A stretch of DNA of 64,000 nt, taken from the human T2T-CHM13v2.0 reference genome, Homo sapiens. Of the stretch, positions 54,601 through 64,000 are shown in pieces. Both the position numbers and the translations under genes were made by a program. Under the pieces are notes generated by a model. The model was not told where the DNA came from, made no database searches, and was given only the letters and a program-made list of their open reading frames with translations. The stretch is taken from assembly GCF_009914755.1 (NCBI RefSeq), contig NC_060946.1; one strand, 5' to 3'. Within the stretch, counting starts at the first letter, position 1; every line of letters begins with the position of its first letter.

Positions 54601-57084
54601 CTATGCTCTGCCTTCAGGGGACATTGTGACATATCTCTGCAATGATCACCGAGGTGATGTAACTCTTTTCTAGTCTCTGCCTACAGAGGGCGTTGTGACA
54701 TCACTCTGCATGGATCACCCGGGTTATGTAACTCTGGTCTAGGCTCTACCTATAGGGGTATTGTGACTTATCTCTGCACTGATCACCCAGGAGATGTGAC
54801 ACTTGTCTATGCTCTGCATAGAGGGACATTGGGACATATCTCTGCACTGATCACTGAGGTGATGTAAAAGTTGTCTAAGCTTTGCCTACAGTGGGATTTA
54901 TGACATATCTCTGCACTGATCACCCAGGTGATGTAACTCTTCTCTAGGATCTGCCTACAGGGTGCTTTGTGACATATCCCTACAATGATTACCTAGGTGA
55001 TATACCACTTATCAAGGCTCTGCCTACAGGGACATTGCGATGTATGCCTGCATTGATCACCTAGGTAATGTAACTCTTTTCTAGGCTCTGCCTACAGTGG
55101 CATTTTGACAGATGTCTGCACTGATCACCCAGGTGATGCAACTCTTCTCCATGCTCTGCCTACAGGGGACATTGTGACATATCTCTGCACTGATCACCAA
55201 GGTGATTCAGCTCTTCTTTATGCTCTGCCTTCAGAGGGCATTGCGAAATATCTCTGCACTGATCACTCAGGTGATGTAACTCTTTTCTAGTCTCTGCCTA
55301 CAGAGGGCGTTGTGACATCACTGTGCACGGATCACCCGGGTTATGTAACTGTTGTCTAGGCTCTGCTTATGGGGGCATTGTGACTTATCTCTGCACTGAT
55401 CACCCAGGAGATGTGACTCTTGTCTAAGCTCTGCCTGGAGGGACATTGGGACATATCTCTGCACTGATCGCTGAGGTGATGTAAAATATTTGTAGGCTAT
55501 TCCTACAGTGGGATTTATGACTTATCTCTGCACTGGTCACCAAGGTGATGTAACTCTTGTCTAGGCTCTGCTTACAGGGCGTATTGTGAGTTATCTCTGC
55601 ACTGATCACACTGGTGATGTAACGCTTGTCTAGGCTCTGCCTACAGGAGCATTTTAACATATCACTGCACTGACAACCGAGATGATGTAACTCCTGTATA
55701 GGCTTTGCCGACAGGGGGCATTGAGACATACCTCTGCACTGATCACCGAGGTGATGCAACTCTTCTCTATGCTCTGCCTACAGGGGGCATTGTGACATAT
55801 CTCTGCAATGATCATCCAAGTGATGTAACATTTGTCTAGGATCTGCCTCAAGTGACTTTGTGACATAATTCTGCACAGATCATCCAGGTGATGGGGATTT
55901 TGTCTAGGCTCTGCCTAAGGGGCATTGTGACATGTTTCTGCACTGATCACCCAGGTGACGGACTCTTGTCTTGGATCTGCCTATGGGGGCATTGTGACAT
56001 ATCTCTGCACTAATAACCCAGGTGATGTAACCGTTGTATAAGCTCTGCCTACAGGGGAACTGTGAGAGATCTCGCCACTGATCACCTAGGTGATGTATCT
56101 ATTGTCTAGGCTTTGTCTACAGGGGGCTTTGTGACATACTTTTGCACTTATCACACAGGTGATGTAACTCATCTAAGTTCGGCGTAAAGGAGCTTTGTGA
56201 CATATCTCTGCACTGATCATTTAGGTGATGTAACACTTTTATAAGCACTGCCTACAGGGAATTTTGACAAATCTCTGCACTGATCACCTTGGTGATGTAA
56301 CTCTTCTCTACCCTCTGCCCAAAGGCGGCATTGTGAAATATCTCTGCATTGATCATCCAAGTGATTCAACTCTTGTCCAGGATCTGCCTACAGAGATTAT
56401 TGTGAAATATCTCTGCACTGATAAACTAGGTGATGCAACTCTTCTCTATGCTCTGCCTACAGGGGACATTGTGACTTATCTCTGCACTGATCACCCAGGA
56501 GATGAAACTCTTTTCTAGTCTGTGCCTACAGAGGGCGTTGTGACATCACTCTGCACGGATCACCCGGGTTACGTAACTCTTATCTATGCTCTGTCTATGG
56601 GGGCGTCGTGACTTATCTTTGCACTGATCACCCTGGAGATGTGACTCTTGTCTAAGCTCTGCCTAGAGGGACATTGGGACATATCCCTGCACTGATAGCT
56701 GAGGTGATGCAAAACTTGTCTAGGCTTTGCCTGCAGTGGGATTTATGACAAATCTCTGCACTGATCACCCAGGTGATGTATCTCTTGTCAATACCCTCTG
56801 CTTACAGAGGGTATTGTGAGATATCTCTGCACTGATCACCCAGGTGATGTAACTCTTGTCTAGGCTCTGCCTACAGGGGCCTTTTCACATATCACTGCAC
56901 TGATCACCGAGATGATGTAACTCTTGTATAGGCTTCGCGGACAGGGGGCATTGAGACATAACTCTGCACTGATCACCGAGGTGATGCATCTCTTGTCTGG
57001 GATGTGCTTACAGGGGGCATTGTGAAATATCTCTGCCCTGATCACCCAGGTGATGTAACTCTTGTCTAGGCTCTGCTTACTGCA
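48628..57084 (-). repeat. Beta-satellite block 6
   Basis: Reverse-oriented 68-bp monomers. Confidence 0.97.
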
Positions 57085-58535
57085 GTCGGAAGGTGTTGGG
57101 AGAACCTCAGCCAAAATTTCACAGATGGACAAGGGCACAGAGAGGCGAGCGACCTCCTTGCACGTCACAAGGGGTGCACAATGAGAGCAGGTCTAGCCAG
57201 GAGGCTGGCAAAGAGAGCTAGAGGTCTGCGTTTCGCTGCCAGGCGCTCCATTGTGGCAGTTGGGAGGCTGCAGGTGCACGGGCGGGCTGGCGACGGTGGC
57301 ACAGAGGTGCACATGAGGCGAGCCACCGGAGGGGTTTCAGGACTGGATGCTGCGGAGGCTCACATGAGGCGAGCCACCGGAGGGGTGTCAGGACTGGACG
57401 CTGTGGGTTCCCAGTGTTTCGCGGGACAGGGGTCTCCGACCAGCCCAGGGGAGGATGCATTTTCCGGGGGTGGGGTTTGGGGTGGGGTGGGGGTGGTCAG
57501 GCGGGGGTGGGGTGGTGGAAAGGCATGAGTGCTCTGCCCTGGCTGCTCCCACAGCCCAGGCGGCTGCCCGCAAACCCGCATGTGCGCAGTAGGTGGCCCA
57601 CCTGCTGGTACCTGGGCTGGATCTGAGATCCCCAGGATGCCCAGGAAAGAATGGCAGTTCTCCGCTGTGTGGACTCTCTCACCAGGCCTAGATCTAGAAG
57701 ACAGCAATCCCAGGCCGGTCAGCCTGGTTGAGGGAGCAGGTGGAAGACACACCGCTCCATAGCCAGCCAGGTGTTCCCCGCGAAAGAGAGGCCACCGCCC
57801 TGCCCCGACCTGACCCCGTCCCAAACCCGCGACCTAAAGTTCCTCGATCAGAGCCCGGCATTCTTCCTAGCTGAGTGGTGCTTCCAGCAAGACGGCCTCT
57901 TGCAAGGCCTCCAGCTCCCCCAGGGCCTCCGATTCTAGGAATGTTGCGCCTGCTGCAGAATCTCCGGGCTCACAAGGAGCTCATCCAGCAGCCCGGAGGG
58001 GAGTGCAGATGAGCACTCCAGCTCCTGGAGCACCTGGGAGGGCGCCAGCAGGCCTTACATCTGCCCCTGCCGCACGGAGGCCTCCAGGGGCACGGGCAGG
58101 CGAGGTGGAGCTGCCCCGGCTTGGAGTTCCCCCGCAGCCCCGGTGACCTGCGGTCCCTAGACCCTGCCCAACCACGGACTCCCCTGGGACGCGGGTGGCA
58201 CAAGCACACCATGGCCCTGTGGCCCTGCTTGAGCGGGCCCTGGCTGTCCCAACGCCCAAGGGCCCCACAGGGCGTCACGCTGCAAGACCCAGCCCTCCCG
58301 GCTTTTGCCCGGTTGCGGAGGCAACCGAGGAGCCTGAGGGTGGGAGATCGCCCCTTCCGGAGGAGCAGGGGCGGCGTAGGCAAAATTCCCGCGTGCCGGG
58401 ACAGGTTGGGAGATCCCCTCTGCCGGGGCGGCCTGGCTGGGCTGGAGCACGGGGACGGCCCTCGCTCCCTGGATCATGAAGCACCCTGTAGGAGAGCCCC
58501 AGGCACGCAGGGCACGTGGGGTGCCAGAAGCCCTA
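57085..58535 (-). pseudogene. D4Z4-like unit 7, 5'-truncated (no promoter or homeoboxes)
   Basis: Begins near DUX4 codon ~190 (the GLPAPHVP region) at an inversion junction. Contains the 3' coding remnant, exon 2, KpnI site (~57607), LSau and the exon-3 start. Confidence 0.92.
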
Positions 58536-58872
58536 TCCCCGGAAAATGCATCCTCACCTGGGCTGGGTGTAGACCCCCATCCGCGAAACATCAGGCCCGC
58601 CCACCGTGCAGGCCTAACACACCTTCAGCGGCTCGCCTCCTCTGCGCCTCCTCGCCACCATCGCCAGCCCGCCAGTGACCCTGTAGCCTCCCAATTGCCA
58701 CCATGGAACGCCTGGTGTCGGAATGCAGACCTCTAGCTCTCTTTGCCAGCCTCCTCACTAGACCTGCGCTCATTGCGCAACCCGGCTGACGTGCAAGGGA
58801 GCCCGCTGGCCTCTCTGTGCCCTTGTCCGTCCGTGAAATTCCGGCTGAGGCTCTCCCAACACCTTCCGATGC
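58536..58872 (+). repeat. Orphan LSau/pLAM-like fragment (D4Z4 intron 2 plus exon 3)
   Basis: CCCCGGAAAATGCATCC...CTAG|ACCTGCGC...CCGTGAAATTCCGGCTGAGGCTCTCCCAACACCTTCCG running into the pLAM-type beta monomers. Confidence 0.9.
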
Positions 58873-61800
58873 TCTTTACTCAAAGCCTGGAGAATAGTTA
58901 CATCTCCTGGATGATCAGTTCAGAAATATGTCACAATGTCCACTCCCTGCGGAGCCTAGAGAAGATTTGCATCATTTGGGTGATCAGTGCAGAGATATAT
59001 CACAATGTCCCCTGTACAAAAAGCCTGGAAATGATTTACATCACCTCGGTGATCAGTGCATAGGTATGTCAGAAATCCCCAGTAGGCTGACCTAGACAAG
59101 GGTTACATTACTTAGGTGATCAGTGTAGAGATATGTGAAAATTCCCGTGTAGATATTTGACACAATGCCCCCGTAGACAGAGCCTAGACAAGACTTCCAT
59201 TACCTGGGTGATCAGTTCAGATATATGTCACAAATCCCCCTCTAGTCAGAGTATAGAGAAGAGTCCCATCACCTGGGTGATCAGTGAAGAGATATTTCAC
59301 CATGCCCCCTGTAGGCAGAGAGTGGACAAGAGTTACATAACCTAGGTGATCTGTGCAGAGCTATGTCAAAATGCCCCTGTAGGCAGATCCTAGGTAAATG
59401 TTACATCACATGGGTGATCAGTGCAGAGATACGTCTCAATACACCTTGTAGGTGGAGCCTAGACAAGAGTTACATCACCTGTGTGATAGGTGCAGAGATA
59501 CGTCACAATACCCCCTGTAGGTGGAGCCTAGAGAAGAGTTACCTCACCTGGGTGATCAGTGCAGAAATATGTCACAAAGCCCCTGTAGGCCGAACCTAGA
59601 CAAGCGTTACATCTCCTGGGTGATCAGTGCAAAGATATGTCACAAAGCCCCCTGTAGACAAATCCCAGAAAATTGTTACATCACCTGAATGATCAGTGTA
59701 GATATCTGTTCCATTTCCCCTTTAGGCGCAGTTTAGACAAGCGTTACATCACATGAGTAATCAGTGCAGAGATATGTCACTATGCCCCCATAGGCAGATA
59801 AAAGACAAGAGTCTATCACCTGGGTGGTCAGTGCAGAAATATGCCACAATGCCGCCTGTAGGCCGATATAGACAAGAGTTACATCACCTGCGTGATCACT
59901 GCAGAGATATGTCACAATGCCCCTGTAGGCAGAGCCTAGACAAGGGTCCCATCACCTGGGTGATCAGTGCAGAGTTATGTCACAATGCCCCCTTTTGTCA
60001 GAGCCTAGACAAGGGTTACATCACGTGGGTGATCAGTGCAGATGAGTGTCACACGCCCCCTGTAGCCAGACCCTAGACAAGAGTTACATCAGCTGTGTTA
60101 TCAGCGCAGTGACATGTCACAATGTCCCTGTAGCCAAATCCTTGAGAAATATGACATCACCTGGTTGATCAATGCGGAGATATGTCACAATGTCTCCAGT
60201 AGGCAGAGCCTAGACAAGAGTTGCATCACCTCGGTGATCAGTGCACAGATATGTCTCAATGCCCCCTGTCGTCAAAGCCTATACAAGAGTTACATCATCT
60301 CTGTGATCATTGCAGTGATATGTTAAAATGCCCCTGTAGGCAGAGCCTAGACAAGAGTTACATCACCTGGGTGATCACTGCAGAGATATGTCATAAATCC
60401 CACTGTAGGCAAAGCCTTGACAAGTTTTACATCACCTCAGCGATTAGTGCAGATATATGTCTCAATGTCCCTCTAGGCAGAGCTTAGAAAAGAGTCACAC
60501 CTCCTGGGTGATCAGTGCAGAGATAAGGCACAATGCCCCCTTAGGCAGAGCCTAGACAAGAGTTACATAACCCGGGTGATCCGTGCAGAGTGATGTCACA
60601 ACTCCCTCTGTAGGCAGAGACTAGAAAAGAGTTACATCACCTGGGTAAGCAGTGCAGAGGTATGTCACAATGCTCCCTGTAGGCATAGCATAGAGAAGAG
60701 TTGCATCACCTGGGTGATCAGTGCAGAGAGATGTCACAATGTGCCCTGTAGTCAGAGCATAGAGAACAGTTGCATCACCTGTGTGATCCGTGCAGAAATA
60801 TGTCACAAAGCCCCCATACACAGAGCCTAGACAAGAGTCCCATCACCTGGGTGATCAGTGCACAAATATGTCACAATGCCCCAATAGGCAGATCCAACAC
60901 AAGAGTTACATCACCTGGGTGATCAGTGTAGAGATATGTCACAATGCCCCCATAGGCAGAGCCTAGACAAAAGTTCCATCACCTGGTTGATCAATGCAGA
61001 GATATGTCATAAAGCCCCTTTAGGCAGAGCCTAGACAAGAGTTACATAACCAGGGTGATCCGTGCAGAGATATTTCACAATACCCCCTGTAGGGTGATCC
61101 AAGACAAGAGTTGAATCACCTGGGTGGTCAGTGCAGAGATATTTCACAATGCCCCCTTTGGGCAGAGGGTAGACAAGAGTTACATCACCTAGGTGATCAG
61201 TGCTGAGATTTGTCAAAATACCCTGTAGGCAGTGCTTATAAAAGTGTTACATCACCTAAGTGGACAGTGCAGAGATATGTCACAAAGCTGCTGTAGGCAG
61301 AACTTAGATAAGTTACATCACCTGGGTGATCAGTGCAAAGGTATGTCACAAAGCCCCCTGTAGGCAAAGCCTAGACAATAGTTACTGAACTTGGGTGATC
61401 AGAGGCGAGATCTCTCACAGTTCCCCTGTAGGCAGAGCTTATACAACAGTTACATCACCTGGGTGATCAGTGCAGAGATATGTCACAATGCCCCCATAGG
61501 CAGATCCAAGAGAAGAGTCCGTCACCTGGGTGATCAGTGCAGAAATATGTCACAATGCCACCTTAGGCAGAGCCTAGACAAAAACCTCATCACCTGTATG
61601 ATCAGTGCAGCGTTATGTCACAAAGTCCCTTTAGGCAGATCCTAGACAAGTGTTACATCACCTGGATGATCAGTGCAGAAATATGTCACAATGCCACTGC
61701 AGGCAGAGTCTAGACAAGTGTTACATGACCTAGTTGATCAGTGCAGAGATACATCACAATGCCCCTGTAGGCAGATCTTTGACAAGTGGTACATCACCCG

Positions 61801-64000
61801 GGTGATCATTGCAGGGATGTGTCACAAAGCACATTGTAGGGAGATCCTACAAAAGAGTTACATCACCTGGGTGATCAGTGCAGAGATATGTCACAATGCC
61901 ACTGTAGGCAGAGCCTAGACAAGATTTACATTACCTAAGTGATCAATGCAGAGATACATCGCAATGCCCCTGTAGGCAGAGCCTTGACAAGCGATATATC
62001 ACCTTTGTGATCAGTGCAGAGATATGTCACAATGCCGTGTAACCAGAGCCTAGACTAAAATTACAGCACCTGGGAGATCAGTGCAGAGGTATGTGACAAT
62101 GTCCCCAGTAGGCAGAGACCAGGCAAGAGTTGGATCACCTCGGGATCAGTGCAGAGATATGTCTCAATCACCGTGTGGGCACAGCCTAGACAAGAGTTAC
62201 ATCACCTCGGTTAACAGTGCAGAGATATGTCAAAACGCCCCTGTAGGCAGAGCCTACACAATTGTTACATCACTTAGGTGATAAGTGCAGAGATATGTCA
62301 CAAGACCCCCTGTAAGCAGAGCCTACACAAGAGTTACATAACCTGGGTGATCAGTGCAGAGATATGTGACAAGGCCCCTTTAAGCAGAGCATAGACAATA
62401 CTTACATCACCTGAGTGATCAGTGCACAGATCTGTCAAAATGCCCCTTTAGGCAGAGCTTAGACCAGAGTTACATCACCTGGGTGATCAGTGCAGAGAGA
62501 TGTCACAATGCCCCCATAGGCAAATCCAAGACAAGACTCCGTCACCTGGGTGATCAGTGCAGAAATATGTGACAATGACCCCAGCAGGCAGAGCCTATAG
62601 AAGAATCCCATCACCTGGGTGATCAGTGCAGAGATATTTCACAATGCGCCTGCAGGCAGAACATAAGCAAGAGTTACATCACCAAAAGATCAGTGCAGAG
62701 ATATGTCACAAGCCCCCCAATAGGCAGAGCCTGGACAAGAGTTACATCACCTTCGTGATCAATGCAGTGATATGTCACTATGCCCCGTAGGCAGTGCCTA
62801 GTCAAGCGTTACATCACCTGGGTGATCAGTACAGAGATATGTCACAAAGCCCCCAAACACAGAGCCTAGACAAGAGTCCCATCACCTTGGTGATCAGTGA
62901 AGAAATATGTCACAATGCCCCCATAGGCAGATACAACACAAGAGTTACATCACCTGGATGATCCGTGTAGAGATATGTTACAATGCCCACATAGGCAGGG
63001 CCTAGACAAAAGTCCCATCACCTGGGTGATCCGTGCCGAGTGATGTCACAACGCCCTCTGTAGGCAGAGACTAGAAAATTGTTGCATCACCTAGGTGATC
63101 AGTGCAGAGATATGTTTCAATGCCCCCTGTCGGTGAAGCCTATACAAGAGTTACATCATCTCGGTGATCAGTGCAGTGATATGTTAAAATGCCCCTGTAG
63201 GCTAGGCAAGAGTTACATCACCATGGTTATCAGTGCAGAGATATCTACAATACGCCCTGTAAGCAGAGCCTAGACAAGTGTTACATCAGCTGGGTGATCA
63301 GTGCAGAGATATGTCATAAATCCCACTGTAGGCAAAGCCTATACAAGTTTTCCATCACCTCAGCGATCAGTGCAGAGATATGTCTCAATGCCCCTCTAGG
63401 CAGAGCATAGACAAGAGTTACATAACCCGGGTGATCCGTGCAGAATGATGTCACAACGACCTCTGTAGACAGAGACTAGAAAAGAGTTACATCACCTGGG
63501 TGATCAGTGCAGAGATATGTCACAATGCCCCCTGTAGGCAGAGCATAGAGAAGAGTTGCATCACCTGGGTGATCAGTGCAGAGATATGTCACAATATCCC
63601 CTGTAGGCAAAGCCTAGGCAAGAGTTACATCACCTTTGTCATTCATTCAGTGATATGTGAAAATGCCCCAGTAGGCAGAGCCTAGACAAGAGTTACATCA
63701 CCTAGTTGATCAGTGCAAAGATATTTCACAATACCTAAATTCCCTGTAGGCTGTGCTTATAAAAGTGTTACATCACATAAGAGATCAGTGCAGAGATATG
63801 TCACAAAGCTCCTGCAGGCAGAACTTAGATGAGTTACACAACCTGTGTGATCAGTGCAAAGGTATGTCACAAAGCCCCCTGTATTCAAAGCCTAGACTAT
63901 CGTTACATCACTTGGGTGATCAGTGGCGAGATCTCTCACAATTCCCCTGTAGGCAGAGCTTATACAACTGTTACATCACCTGGGTGATCAGTGCAGGGAT
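58873..64000 (+). repeat. Beta-satellite block 7
   Basis: Forward-oriented 68-bp monomers, starting with the pLAM-adjacent series. Confidence 0.97.

Overview
Primate, most likely human, heterochromatin of the acrocentric short-arm/pericentromeric type. About 47 kb is 68-bp beta-satellite (Sau3A/BSR, roughly 690 monomers) in seven blocks. These are interrupted by eight D4Z4-like/DUX4-like segments: four full ~2.7-kb cassettes, three truncated ones and one orphan 3' fragment. Each full cassette is ~780 bp of upstream D4Z4 sequence (DBE/YY1, GC box, TATAA), a DUX4-like double-homeobox ORF, exon 2/KpnI/LSau, a pLAM-like exon 3 and then beta-satellite. This mirrors the distal end of the 4qA D4Z4 array, but the units are single rather than tandem and lack the FSHD polyA signal at the pLAM position. 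Most ORFs are pseudogenised. One copy (28372-27842, -) matches my recollection of DUX3/DUX5/DUX1, with a nonsense codon just after homeodomain 2. The central ~54.6 kb (3917-58535) is inverted relative to both flanks, and both breakpoints lie inside DUX4-like units in a reciprocal-looking arrangement. The left breakpoint creates a convergent inverted DUX pair and an open chimeric ORF: two homeodomains plus an antisense-derived tail. A beta-satellite monomer 2.9 kb downstream of the DUX3-like copy carries an ATTAAA in the same local context as the 4qA polyA signal. The families are known; the candidate novelty lies in these arrangements. Comparisons to DUX4, DUX1/3/5 and pLAM come from memory of those sequences, not from a search.
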